Source of the DNA: a virus
Taxonomy: Duplodnaviria > Caudoviricetes
IMG/VR virus record: IMGVR_UViG_3300014208_000027
Location: 128,001-192,000 of that record
Direction: 5' to 3' (one strand)
DNA: 64,000 bases
Position numbers and translations under genes: made by a program. Positions 1 through 8,856 of this stretch are shown here, piece after piece (position 1 is the stretch's first letter; each line of letters starts with the position of its first letter). The notes beneath the pieces were generated by a model. The model was not told where the DNA came from. It saw only the letters and a program-made list of their open reading frames with translations, and ran no database searches.

Positions 1-2
1 AG

Positions 3-209
3 CTCACTTGGGATTATTGTGAAAGTGAAGAAGACTTGGCTAATTTCTTTTATGACATTAGTGATGAAAATACTAGTTTAAATGAAGATGAAGTAGATAA
101 GCTATTGGATAATTATCTTGTTTTCGAAGGAAAACTTACTCCACTTTCTCGCCATGTAGAATTAACTGGTTTTAAGGTTAGTTATTCAAAGGATAATGAT
201 AATGATTAA
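3..209 (+). CDS. Hypothetical protein, 3' part (runs in from the window edge)
   Basis: Open frame from position 3 (LTWDYCESEEDLANFF...SYSKDNDND) to TAA 207-209; absent from the ORF track because it has no start in the window. Confidence 0.6.
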   Translation, partial: LTWDYCESEEDLANFFYDISDENTSLNEDEVDKLLDNYLVFEGKLTPLSRHVELTGFKVSYSKDNDND

Positions 210-558
210 TCTTCCTCAAGTAGTTCTTAATGCTCTTGAAAAACGCCGTGATATTCTTGAAGAGTCTCAACGTATCATGAAGTTATCGGATGCTTATCAA
301 AACAAGGCTAATGATCTTTGTGATATGATGTGGCAGGCAGAGGCAGCAAAGAAAAATTTAAGTTGCCTATATTATTCTAAAATGGATCAAGAGGTAGCTT
401 ATAATGGTGTACTAGGTGATTTAGCTTCTTCTAAAGCAGAACAACTTTACATTGAAGGAAATAAATTAGTGCTTGAAGCTGTTGAAAGTAGTATGCCTGC
501 TGAGACAACGGTTAAGTTTTATAAGGGGAATATTTTTATTAATAACGAGGAAATTTAA
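196..558 (+). CDS. Hypothetical protein (start may be ATG 202)
   Basis: 120-aa ORF overlapping the upstream stop; no recognisable motif. Confidence 0.6.
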   Translation: MIMINLPQVVLNALEKRRDILEESQRIMKLSDAYQNKANDLCDMMWQAEAAKKNLSCLYYSKMDQEVAYNGVLGDLASSKAEQLYIEGNKLVLEAVESSMPAETTVKFYKGNIFINNEEI

Positions 559-1775
559 CGCTGTTCGTCCCACGTTAAAGCACTAGAAGCTACTGCTGTT
601 GAGTTTAACGATGTCACTACTACAGAATAGTTAATTGGTGCCGATCCTGACGCATTTAATACGATTGGATATTTTTTAGCATGGTCAAAGAAAGTTGTAT
701 ATGAAAGTCTATTTGCTGCTGAACCTGCTGCCACATATCCAGATTGTATAGTAATTCCTCCAGAAATAGCTGTTGCTGCTACATCAAATTCTGCAACGGA
801 ATTTCCATCTACACTTGCCCATGTTGGTCCCGTTAAAGAACCACTATATACAATCTCCCAAAATACATTGTTTGACCCAACTAAAAAGTCTATTTCTTTG
901 GGAATAATATTTCCACGATTTGTTATTCCACTGAGAGTTGATTTTGGTCGTATTGAAAGAATCGGTCTTCTAGACGTAACATTAAACGAACCTGTTGTGT
1001 TACTAGTAGAAAATGTTTGACCAAATTTATTAAAGCTCCCTTCTGAGATAACTGTGCTGCAAATTTGTGTTAAAGAACCTCCTGCACTGGCTCCTGTATT
1101 AAAAATTTCATATCGTAATGGTAAGTTTGCGGAGGTTAAAGAAACAGTAGAAATAATGTTGGCAATTAAAAATTCATGTACTGGGTAAGCAATGCCATTT
1201 ATGTCAAAACCAACACGAATTCTTCCCTCTCCTAGCCACTGTAAATCTATCCATAAGATTTGACTTTTTGTAATGTCTAAAGTTATACCGCTTGGTCCAT
1301 TACCCTGCATAGTGTCTTTATTCCAAGATGCCTGTGCTACCGTATTATTTACTATGGCGCCGGAAGAAAAAGTTCGTCTAACTACATTTAGAGTTCCACT
1401 CCCAAGTTGTTCAAAGTATATTCCGTTTTGATCGTCAAAATAACCTACTCTTCGAGTGGTATTTGTTACTGCGGTTCCAAACATAAAAGAATTATATGTT
1501 AGTAGAGATTTTCCTGGTTGGTAACGAAAATACTCTCTTGTTTGGTGTCTACTTAAATCAGTAACGCCAGTTGAGACAGTTAAGTTGCATCCAGAAGAGT
1601 TCGGCAAATGGGATAAAGAACCTGTACCGGTTAAAATTGTTTCCCAAACTAAATTACCAGTGTCATATTGAAATCCACTTTCAAATATTGTTTCAGGTGT
1701 TGATACTTTTGCCCGTCCAAAAGCGTCAATTGCGGTATTGTCACCAAAAGCTAGTGCGTTAGGAAAATAACTCAT
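555..1775 (-). CDS. Putative virion structural protein
   Basis: G/S/T-rich beta-type composition; N-terminal DAFGRAKVSTPETIFES resembles a conserved uncharacterised phage protein family; last gene of a fibre operon. Confidence 0.5.
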   Translation of the reverse strand: MSYFPNALAFGDNTAIDAFGRAKVSTPETIFESGFQYDTGNLVWETILTGTGSLSHLPNSSGCNLTVSTGVTDLSRHQTREYFRYQPGKSLLTYNSFMFGTAVTNTTRRVGYFDDQNGIYFEQLGSGTLNVVRRTFSSGAIVNNTVAQASWNKDTMQGNGPSGITLDITKSQILWIDLQWLGEGRIRVGFDINGIAYPVHEFLIANIISTVSLTSANLPLRYEIFNTGASAGGSLTQICSTVISEGSFNKFGQTFSTSNTTGSFNVTSRRPILSIRPKSTLSGITNRGNIIPKEIDFLVGSNNVFWEIVYSGSLTGPTWASVDGNSVAEFDVAATAISGGITIQSGYVAAGSAANRLSYTTFFDHAKKYPIVLNASGSAPINYSVVVTSLNSTAVASSALTWDEQR

Positions 1776-1789
1776 TTTTTATTTCTTCC

Positions 1790-2179
1790 CTATTTTAGAT
1801 ACCAATTCGTACCATTTGAAATTATTGTTACAGCGGCTTGAGATATTAAACCTACTGTCGAATTATTACTTATATTTCCGTTAGAACTTGATACAGTAAC
1901 TTGAGTTCCATTAGTATCGGTTCTAATCATTTCATAAATTTTATTTGTATTGCCAGAAGCAGAGGGAAGAGTGACAATTATTGGAGTTGATGATGCTGTT
2001 ATAAATAATCCGTAATCTGTTGACAGTAATGAATAACTTCCAGAAATTGTAAGATAGGTTGGATTTAAAATATTATTATTGCCATCAACTATAGTATCGG
2101 AAGATGTAGCTGGCCTAAAAGGCCCTATAGAATCCCCTATGGTATAATCAGATTTGACAATAATGGTTCTGCTTGACAT
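1790..2179 (-). CDS. Small tail-fibre-associated protein
   Basis: First ~38 aa nearly match the N-terminus of 2186..3610 (VKSDYTxGDSIGPFRxATSxDxIVDGN). Confidence 0.55.
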   Translation of the reverse strand: MSSRTIIVKSDYTIGDSIGPFRPATSSDTIVDGNNNILNPTYLTISGSYSLLSTDYGLFITASSTPIIVTLPSASGNTNKIYEMIRTDTNGTQVTVSSSNGNISNNSTVGLISQAAVTIISNGTNWYLK

Positions 2180-2185
2180 TAATAT

Positions 2186-3610
2186 CTATGCCCATTTTCT
2201 AACAAGACTCATTGACCCAGTGTCGCTAAGAACACTTCCATTGATTATACCTAACCATGTGCTTCCACTACTTACTGTTGTTATTTGCCCAAGAGTTCCA
2301 GCTAAAGTGGGTGTCCCTGTCGCACTAATTAAAATTTTACTAGTAACATCACAATAAGTTCCCCAACCTCCATTTCCAGAGCCGGATAATGGGACAGTTG
2401 GAGCATTTACTCGTAAATAAGAATTTTCTGATAAGTAAATCCCATGACCTGAACTATCCGCGCAACTTATACCATCACTAATTGATATATTGCTTAAACT
2501 TGAACTAATTCCATATCCTGCAACTCCTGAAAATTGAATTGGAGAATATTGAGATGGGGTGTTGACCATTAGTGTGTTGTTACATGTTTGTAAAATAAGT
2601 CCATGTGTAGTTCCTTTGATACGATTTCCATTATAAACTTCTAAATCTCTGACCCTTGATAGGGAAACCCCAGTGAGATATCCTCCTGTAATCCATATTG
2701 TTGAGGAGTCTCGTACTCCAAAAGAGCCAGTTCTTATCCCAACTCCATTCATCCAATTTGCTATTTCTATTGTTAGAGGGAATGCGGTTGTATCAAGAAC
2801 TATTGCATTTACGGTTCCTGTTTCAGTACAATAAGAAGCGTTAATGGGTGCTGCATTAGAACTTTCCAATACCATTCCAGTTAAGAATACGGATCCAGTG
2901 CTGGATATTGGTTGAATAGAGACAGAACCACCAACAGATACCCTTTGTAAAATTAATCCAGATGGATAAGTTGTAGTTCCTGAATTTTGTAAATATAGTG
3001 TTCCTGTTCCATTTATTATTGTTGATGGTTTGCTGATTTGAAAAGTTGCTGTGCCAGGATCCTCAGAGAAAAATTTATTTGGTGTTATAGTTGTTGAAGT
3101 ATTACTTAAAATTGTTCTTTTTTGTCCAGAACATACGCCAGAGGTTATTTCTATAATATACCCTGCATAACTGTCTACTGTGTATCCAAGCCCTGTTTTT
3201 CCTATGCTAGAAGTGGAATGGATATCAGCACTTGCTATTGGCCCTGCCAAAACAGTTGTGGTAGTGCCTCCATCAATTACAACATTTGCAAAAGCTTTAA
3301 TTGACAAATAAGCGTTAGATGAGAGAGTTACAGTTCCGGCAACATGTATTACGATTTCTGAGTAAGTTGTTGTTGGTAGAATGGAAGAAATCCCATTAAA
3401 AGTTTTTTTTGCGGTTGTTGCGCTTAATCCATCATTAGAATCGTTTCCACTAGTTCCATCTAGATAATATCTTTTAGTTGTTAAATTTAAAGATGGAATA
3501 TTGATTCCATTTCCGTCAACAATTGAATCTAAAGATGTCGCATCTCGGAAAGGACCAATAGAGTCCCCAAGGGTATAATCAGATTTAACTAAGATAGTTT
3601 TATTTGCCAT
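2186..3610 (-). CDS. Tail fibre/spike protein, probable beta-helix
   Basis: YYLDGTSGNDSNDGLSATTAKKTF motif typical of the start of beta-helix fibre/spike domains; G/S/T-rich. Confidence 0.6.
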   Translation of the reverse strand: MANKTILVKSDYTLGDSIGPFRDATSLDSIVDGNGINIPSLNLTTKRYYLDGTSGNDSNDGLSATTAKKTFNGISSILPTTTYSEIVIHVAGTVTLSSNAYLSIKAFANVVIDGGTTTTVLAGPIASADIHSTSSIGKTGLGYTVDSYAGYIIEITSGVCSGQKRTILSNTSTTITPNKFFSEDPGTATFQISKPSTIINGTGTLYLQNSGTTTYPSGLILQRVSVGGSVSIQPISSTGSVFLTGMVLESSNAAPINASYCTETGTVNAIVLDTTAFPLTIEIANWMNGVGIRTGSFGVRDSSTIWITGGYLTGVSLSRVRDLEVYNGNRIKGTTHGLILQTCNNTLMVNTPSQYSPIQFSGVAGYGISSSLSNISISDGISCADSSGHGIYLSENSYLRVNAPTVPLSGSGNGGWGTYCDVTSKILISATGTPTLAGTLGQITTVSSGSTWLGIINGSVLSDTGSMSLVRKWA

Positions 3611-3632
3611 GTTTTAGAATGTTTCCTCATGT

Positions 3633-3639
3633 TAAATAG
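3633..3639 (-). promoter_or_regulatory. Putative late promoter CTATTTA
   Basis: Recurrent CTANTTA motif upstream of ATG 3610, followed by GAGGA. Confidence 0.5.
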
Positions 3640-3647
3640 GTCGGAAA

Positions 3648-4364
3648 TTAGGAACGAGGCTTGATAGTCGCAATTAGATCCCAATTGATAGTTGTGGCAG
3701 CTTTTCCCGTTACTCTAAACAATAAATTTGTGCCACTACCAGTGATATCAGCATCCATAGCCGCTGTAGTTTCTATGTCGGAAAATGTTGTTTGAACGCT
3801 ACCTTGCAAATTAACATCCCCGGCTGATTGTCTATACGCACAAGCAAAGCGCCCATAAGCACACCGTTCTGTTCCTGCTATGTCTCTTCCTGTATATAAA
3901 CCTTCAACTAAATATAAAGTATTATCAGCAAGTGGATAAGATAAAATTGTTGTTATGTTAGAACCTGTAGTTTGAACAGTGGCGTACTGTAAAACTGTAT
4001 TAGCAACAGAACCACTATTGACGGTAACTGTTGGTAAATTTGCTGTCCCTGGGTCACCTGTTGGGCCAGTCACACCAGTTCCAGTAGGCCCGGTTGGCCC
4101 TATTACTGTAGAATCAGCGCCTGTTGGCCCTGTTGGACCAGTCACACCAGCTCCAGTAGGACCGGTTGGCCCTATTACTGTAGAATCAGCGCCCGTAGGA
4201 CCAGTAGGACCAGTCACACCAGCTCCAGTAGGACCGGTTGGACCTACAACTGTAGAATTAGCCCCTGTAGGGCCCGTAGCTCCAGTTGGGCCAATTGATG
4301 GGTAATGATGTTCTACAGGTGTTTCTGTTGGATCCCATTTATGCGGTATGGTTGGATTTGACAT
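3648..4364 (-). CDS. Collagen-like (Gly-Pro-Thr) fibre protein
   Basis: Interrupted GPT repeats followed by a ~130-aa globular C-terminal domain. Confidence 0.8.
   Translation of the reverse strand: MSNPTIPHKWDPTETPVEHHYPSIGPTGATGPTGANSTVVGPTGPTGAGVTGPTGPTGADSTVIGPTGPTGAGVTGPTGPTGADSTVIGPTGPTGTGVTGPTGDPGTANLPTVTVNSGSVANTVLQYATVQTTGSNITTILSYPLADNTLYLVEGLYTGRDIAGTERCAYGRFACAYRQSAGDVNLQGSVQTTFSDIETTAAMDADITGSGTNLLFRVTGKAATTINWDLIATIKPRS
4060..4290. repeat. 72-bp coding tandem repeat (24-aa collagen unit)
   Basis: gccctattactgtagaatcagcgcc at 4097 and 4169; unit [24 protein letters not shown]. Confidence 0.85.
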
Positions 4365-4369
4365 GAATA

Positions 4370-4377
4370 TAATTAGT
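4370..4377 (-). promoter_or_regulatory. Putative late promoter ACTAATTA, 5 nt before ATG 4364
   Basis: CTANTTA motif; no SD between it and the start. Confidence 0.55.
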
Positions 4378-4382
4378 TGTCA

Positions 4383-4411
4383 TTGACTTTCCATTTTCTC
4401 TCTGCTACACT
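4383..4411 (+). promoter_or_regulatory. Sigma70-type early promoter
   Basis: TTGACT-17 nt-TACACT with extended -10 TG; predicted +1 coincides with ATG 4418. Confidence 0.7.
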
Positions 4412-4417
4412 GATTTT

Positions 4418-4639
4418 ATGTTCAACCTTGGTGATTTAATTTGTTTTAAGTCTTTAATCGGAGAGAATATTTATAGTGTTCCTTTGTCCTATGGATTTAT
4501 TAAAGCATATTTTACAAGTGAAATAACGGGTGAAGTTATAAAAGATGGATATTATGTTGAGTGGTTTCAAAACAAAGAGAAACTCCCAGGCTTAATTTTT
4601 CCAACTTTAATGGACATTAGTCCATATCATAAAATTTAA
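4418..4639 (+). CDS. Small hypothetical protein (FNLGDLI, SH3/KOW-like start)
   Basis: First ORF after the promoter. Confidence 0.6.
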   Translation: MFNLGDLICFKSLIGENIYSVPLSYGFIKAYFTSEITGEVIKDGYYVEWFQNKEKLPGLIFPTLMDISPYHKI

Positions 4640-4651
4640 AGGAGAATTTTT

Positions 4652-4900
4652 ATGCAAGTAAAGAAAAACATTAACATTTATTTTCTAGAATCAGAAGTGA
4701 AGGAGGCGTTACTTGATTATATGGTTAAAAATGGAATGAATGATGTCGCCGCTCATGCTTTTGAAAATTATTCAATGTTGGATTATACACCAGGGAGCAA
4801 TGAGGAAGATGAAGATGGAAATGTTGTTGAGGATGTTTATGTTTTATGTGTAGATGGTGAAATGGATGATGAAAGTTCTCCAGGGAAAGAAAAAAATTAA
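4652..4900 (+). CDS. Small acidic hypothetical protein
   Basis: AGGAG SD; tightly packed operon. Confidence 0.65.
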   Translation: MQVKKNINIYFLESEVKEALLDYMVKNGMNDVAAHAFENYSMLDYTPGSNEEDEDGNVVEDVYVLCVDGEMDDESSPGKEKN

Positions 4901-4901
4901 C

Positions 4902-5141
4902 ATGCGCAAACTCATTCCGAGAGATAAGTTTCTGAAAAGTAAACAAGGCGGATTCGCCTATATTACAGATGAGCTACTTAAAGAATATCACACAGAAGGA
5001 GAAATTAAAAATTTTGATAAGTGGATAACAGGTCAAACTTGCGCCTTAATTGATGGAAAATGTGCAATTTACTCGTGGGATTATGAGCGATGGGTTGGAC
5101 AAGGTAAAAAGACTGATCAAAACGTAGAAGATTGGGATTAG
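4902..5141 (+). CDS. Small hypothetical protein (start moved to ATG 4902)
   Basis: MRKLIPRDKF..., 1 nt after the upstream stop. Confidence 0.6.
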   Translation: MRKLIPRDKFLKSKQGGFAYITDELLKEYHTEGEIKNFDKWITGQTCALIDGKCAIYSWDYERWVGQGKKTDQNVEDWD

Positions 5142-5149
5142 GTACAAAA

Positions 5150-5407
5150 ATGGCAGAATTATCTAGACAAGAATATTATGAATGCATGGTGAAAAAGGAT
5201 ATGCAAAATTTACTTAATGCAAGAAACATTGAGGATAATACAAAAAGCATTGAGGCACTTGAAAGAGTAGTTTTGAGCTGTGCGGTTAGGTGGTACAATA
5301 TTCAAACAGACCAGTCTGTATCGTCGGGCGTGATTATGGAGTGTGAGAGAAATCTTCAGGCTGCAATTTTTAACCTTGCAACCAAAAACTGGCGATTTCC
5401 ATATTAA
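5150..5407 (+). CDS. Hypothetical protein, paralog A (MAELSRQEYY)
   Basis: Start moved to ATG 5150; aligns with 5488..5724. Confidence 0.65.
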   Translation: MAELSRQEYYECMVKKDMQNLLNARNIEDNTKSIEALERVVLSCAVRWYNIQTDQSVSSGVIMECERNLQAAIFNLATKNWRFPY

Positions 5408-5420
5408 AAGGAATTTAAAA

Positions 5421-5480
5421 ATGTGTAATTTTAATATTGGCGATAATGTTCAAATGAAGGATGTTGAAGATTGGGATTAG
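5421..5480 (+). pseudogene. Chimeric 19-aa mini-ORF at the duplication junction
   Basis: MCNFNIGDNVQMK (copy of the 5738 gene start) fused to DVEDWD* (copy of the 4902 gene end). Confidence 0.6.
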
Positions 5481-5487
5481 GCATAAA

Positions 5488-5724
5488 ATGACAGAACTTT
5501 CTAGACAAGAACATTATGAACTTTTGATGAAAAATGATATGAAAAATTTGTATAGTTCAAAATCCTCAGCCGATTTTGAGCGGGTTGTTTTAAGTTGTGT
5601 AGTTCGATGGTATAGCATAGAAGAAGAATTTTCTTCAAGATCTATATTGTTGCATCGAGCCAAAGAAAATCTTCGTGAAGCAGCTTTTATGCTTAAAAGC
5701 AATAATTGGCAAACTTCCTATTGA
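5488..5724 (+). CDS. Hypothetical protein, paralog B (MTELSRQEHY)
   Basis: Start moved to ATG 5488; shares ERVVLSCxVRWY with paralog A. Confidence 0.65.
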   Translation: MTELSRQEHYELLMKNDMKNLYSSKSSADFERVVLSCVVRWYSIEEEFSSRSILLHRAKENLREAAFMLKSNNWQTSY

Positions 5725-5737
5725 AAGGAAATTAAAA

Positions 5738-5944
5738 ATGCAAAATTTTCAAGTTGGTGATATTGTTCAAATGAAGTACGTTGATAATATTGGATCAGTT
5801 ATTGAAAAGATATATTCTACAACTGGAGAAACACTTTATAAAATCATGTGGCTTACCTCTACAACTCAAGAACATTCTTATTGTCGAAAGGAAAGTTTAA
5901 AAAATCCTCGTCCTGCTAATGTTGCAGAAATTGTTTGGAGTTGA
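5738..5944 (+). CDS. Small SH3/KOW-like hypothetical protein
   Basis: MQNFQVGDIVQMK; AGGA SD; start moved to ATG 5738. Confidence 0.6.
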   Translation: MQNFQVGDIVQMKYVDNIGSVIEKIYSTTGETLYKIMWLTSTTQEHSYCRKESLKNPRPANVAEIVWS

Positions 5945-5945
5945 A

Positions 5946-6176
5946 ATGGAGAAATTTAAATTTAAGGTTGGAGAACATGTAAAGTTGAAATTTTCAGGTA
6001 GAGTTGGTGTGGTCACTTGGAACGATAGAATTGAGTGTTTAAATAAAAACTTGTATCAAGTTTTATGGAGTGGGGATACTGAAGTTGAAAGAGAGCCTGT
6101 GATGGAAGGTAGTGAAATTCATGGAAATAAATGTTATTCGGAAGAATCGTTTTTGGCAAACACTACAGGCAATTAA
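5946..6176 (+). CDS. Small SH3/KOW-like hypothetical protein
   Basis: MEKFKFKVGEHVKL; start moved to ATG 5946. Confidence 0.6.
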   Translation: MEKFKFKVGEHVKLKFSGRVGVVTWNDRIECLNKNLYQVLWSGDTEVEREPVMEGSEIHGNKCYSEESFLANTTGN

Positions 6177-6178
6177 AA

Positions 6179-6367
6179 ATGGCTTATAGTCCAAATAAAT
6201 ATGCTAAATTTCAAACGGGGGATAAAGTTTTTTTATTTGTTAACGGAGAAAGGGTAGATTCAGTCATTATGAGTGTTTATTTAAACGAAACTGATGATGA
6301 GTGGGTTTACAAACTAGTTGGCGTTGATGGGTGGTATACTCAAGTAAAATTAAGCAAAGTTTTATGA
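6179..6367 (+). CDS. Small SH3/KOW-like hypothetical protein
   Basis: KFQTGDKVFL...YKLVG; start moved to ATG 6179. Confidence 0.6.
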   Translation: MAYSPNKYAKFQTGDKVFLFVNGERVDSVIMSVYLNETDDEWVYKLVGVDGWYTQVKLSKVL

Positions 6368-6594
6368 TTAAAGAGAAAGTTAAAGCCGGGGATGTTAAAG
6401 TCGGGGATATTGTTACAGTTTTACACTCGAACAGTATTTATAATAAATTAGCTCTTGTTATAGGAACTGGAGATTATGCTTCGGTTAAAGTTTTTGAATT
6501 TGAAAGTGGAAAAAGATATTCAATTGTTCCTCATATTACATATAAAAGTAGAAAAAAAGAAAAAATAATTCTTTCCTACGAGAAATTTTGCTAG
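6364..6594 (+). CDS. Small SH3/KOW-like hypothetical protein
   Basis: VKVGDIVTV; ATGA overlap with the upstream gene. Confidence 0.55.
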   Translation: MIKEKVKAGDVKVGDIVTVLHSNSIYNKLALVIGTGDYASVKVFEFESGKRYSIVPHITYKSRKKEKIILSYEKFC

Positions 6595-6609
6595 TTTCTA
6601 GTTATTCTT

Positions 6610-7773
6610 GTGCCCGCATATCGTAAATTTAACTCGTCTGATCTAATCTTTAATCGCGTTAAAACTTATCCTAATGTAGAATTTTTTGTTTATGACCGTA
6701 AAGTTTACTATAATAATAAACCATCTCTTTCGGGTGCTTTTACTAATCAAGTTAATCATGTTCCTTCAGGTTATATCTCTTTATATGAAGAAAACGTAGA
6801 TCGTTCTGCTAATAATTTAATTTATCCTTTCCTAATAAAAGATTCTACCCTTTCAGCATTCAAGTCAGTTTCTACTTCAGATTTTAATTCAGATTTTGGC
6901 TATGGTGATGTTATAACAGGTTCTTATCCTTTATCTTCTTCTATCTCTGTTGATAAAATTGAGGCTAACGGTTCTCGTAGTCGTATTACTTCTCTTCAGA
7001 ATACATTAAATTTTTATCAGCCTTTAAGCCCACACTATTCCTATAATTCTTCTCTAGGTGATAAGTCTATACAAAAGTTATCTTTAGTAAGCATTCCAAG
7101 TATATTTTTTGGTTCTAGTATTAAAAAAGGATCAATGAAGCTAGATTATTTTGTTTCCGGTTCTTTAATTGGTAGACTTGAAGATATTAAAAGAAATGGT
7201 GAACTCGTTCAAACGCTTCCAGTGGGCTCTACGGGGTCAGGAAGCATAGCAGGTGTCTGTCTATATAACGAAGGTTTTCTCGTCTTGACAGGTGCGTGGG
7301 ACATCACAAATACACATACAGAAGTATATGATGCTGGTTCTGCTGCAACATACCCTAAATGGTATTATTTTGCTTCTACAGGTTCTTCAGGAGCAGGAGA
7401 AAATATCCCTAGTTCTAGTTTTTCAATGAAATTTGATGGAGTAAATTATATTAATACTATGACGGCGTTTTGCCATGCCCCTATAGGACAAGTTAATTGT
7501 TCTAATAATCCTACCTGGATTGATTATGGTCAAAATACTAGCCCTTCAACATCTTCATATTCGTATGTGGAGAATGAAAACTTAACTATTAAGAATATCA
7601 CAAAGCCTGTTTTTACGGGTGACTCTGGAAGTTTTGAAAAAACTGTTTACATCAACAAAATTTTATTGTATGATCAAGAAAAAAGAGTTATAGGTATTGC
7701 AAACTTGAGTCAGCCTATTAGAAAACGTGAAGTTGATGAATTGGTGTTTAAATTAAAACTAGATTTATTGTAG
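6610..7773 (+). CDS. Putative virion/baseplate structural protein
   Basis: C-terminal KTVYINKILLYDQEKRVIGIANLSQPIRK...KLKLD resembles a conserved tail/baseplate-associated domain; CTAGTTA motif 5 nt before the GTG start. Confidence 0.5.
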   Translation: MPAYRKFNSSDLIFNRVKTYPNVEFFVYDRKVYYNNKPSLSGAFTNQVNHVPSGYISLYEENVDRSANNLIYPFLIKDSTLSAFKSVSTSDFNSDFGYGDVITGSYPLSSSISVDKIEANGSRSRITSLQNTLNFYQPLSPHYSYNSSLGDKSIQKLSLVSIPSIFFGSSIKKGSMKLDYFVSGSLIGRLEDIKRNGELVQTLPVGSTGSGSIAGVCLYNEGFLVLTGAWDITNTHTEVYDAGSAATYPKWYYFASTGSSGAGENIPSSSFSMKFDGVNYINTMTAFCHAPIGQVNCSNNPTWIDYGQNTSPSTSSYSYVENENLTIKNITKPVFTGDSGSFEKTVYINKILLYDQEKRVIGIANLSQPIRKREVDELVFKLKLDLL

Positions 7774-7781
7774 GTTTTTAA

Positions 7782-8072
7782 ATGAATCTTACTCTATTCA
7801 TTCTTTTTTGCTACGGTTTTACACAAATCGTAATTTATGGACATATTTTTGAAGGCATAAGAAAAAAATTGAATTGGTATGTCTTGTTTTGTCCAATGTG
7901 TTCTGGTTTTTGGGTTGGAATGTTGGTTTATGTTTTATTCTATCTATCAACAATCCAACTTTTTCCTAACTTTTTCATAGGTTTATTTTTGTTTCCCTGT
8001 TTATCTTCGGGAACATCTTATTTTCTTTGTAGCTTAATAGATGACGAAGGATTAAAAATTTGCAAAAAATAG
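7782..8072 (+). CDS. Small membrane protein, DUF1360-like
   Basis: Three hydrophobic segments and LFCPMCSGFWVG. Confidence 0.5.
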   Translation: MNLTLFILFCYGFTQIVIYGHIFEGIRKKLNWYVLFCPMCSGFWVGMLVYVLFYLSTIQLFPNFFIGLFLFPCLSSGTSYFLCSLIDDEGLKICKK

Positions 8073-8593
8073 TAATTGGGTTTGATATTTCAACTTCTAA
8101 AGTGGGCATAGCTATACTAAGCTTGGATAAAAAAATTCTTTACAACAATGTTTTAATCTTTAACAAAAGTCTAACTCTTTTCGAAAGAGCATCTACGTTA
8201 AGAAATTTTATTCGTTCAGAGGGTATTGTTGGTTCTGATGCTACAATTGTTATAGAAGAACCTTTGATGACTACTTCTAGTGGTGGTATGGCATATATTA
8301 CAGCCTTGCTTCAGAGATTTAACGGTATGTGTTCTTTTATGTTGGAACAAGATTATAAAGTTGTACCTATAATGGTTAACCCGTCTACAAGTAGAACAGG
8401 TATTGGATTAAAATTTACTCGTAAAACTCCCAAGAAAGATAAAAAAAAGACAATTATAGATTTTATCAAGCAACAGTTTGGCGATTCCTTTAATTATGAA
8501 TTTACTAAGGCTGGTAACCCCAAACCAGGCACCGATGATCGTGCTGATTCCCTGGTTCTCGCTCTATATGGTATAAAAATGCTTAATCCGTGA
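8060..8593 (+). CDS. ruvC: RuvC-like Holliday junction resolvase
   Basis: RNase H-fold acidic triad: IGFDISTSKVG, IVIEEP, DDRADSLVLA. Confidence 0.8.
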   Translation: MQKIVIGFDISTSKVGIAILSLDKKILYNNVLIFNKSLTLFERASTLRNFIRSEGIVGSDATIVIEEPLMTTSSGGMAYITALLQRFNGMCSFMLEQDYKVVPIMVNPSTSRTGIGLKFTRKTPKKDKKKTIIDFIKQQFGDSFNYEFTKAGNPKPGTDDRADSLVLALYGIKMLNP

Positions 8594-8856
8594 GAAGTGT
8601 CGGTTATAAGATAGTTTCCTTTGCTTTTTTCATTACTATTATATCTTTCAGCATTTGTTATATTCTCTTTGACAGCGAAACTGATTTAAAATGCAGAGAT
8701 ATATGTTATACTCAATTTTGCCAAGATTTTGAACATTGTGAATTTCTCTTGGAAGACTCTTTTTTGTCGCTAAATGTTTGTAGGTGTGCTATAGTGAGTA
8801 ATAGATTCATGATGCACGAGCAAAGACGTTTAGCAGAAAAAGTTTTTTATTTTTAA
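8590..8856 (+). CDS. Hypothetical Cys-rich membrane/secreted protein
   Basis: N-terminal hydrophobic segment plus several Cys. Confidence 0.5.
   Translation: MRSVGYKIVSFAFFITIISFSICYILFDSETDLKCRDICYTQFCQDFEHCEFLLEDSFLSLNVCRCAIVSNRFMMHEQRRLAEKVFYF

Larger units (their letters stand above)
5124..5776 (+). repeat. Diverged tandem duplication (~5124-5459 and ~5463-5776)
   Basis: Both copies run gt(a/t)gaagattgggattagg, then the MxELSRQE gene, then aaagga...aaaaatg...gttcaaatgaag. Confidence 0.8.

Noticed and set aside
4060-4290. Regular repeats as a CRISPR array
   Set aside because: They are in-frame collagen codons with no unique spacers.
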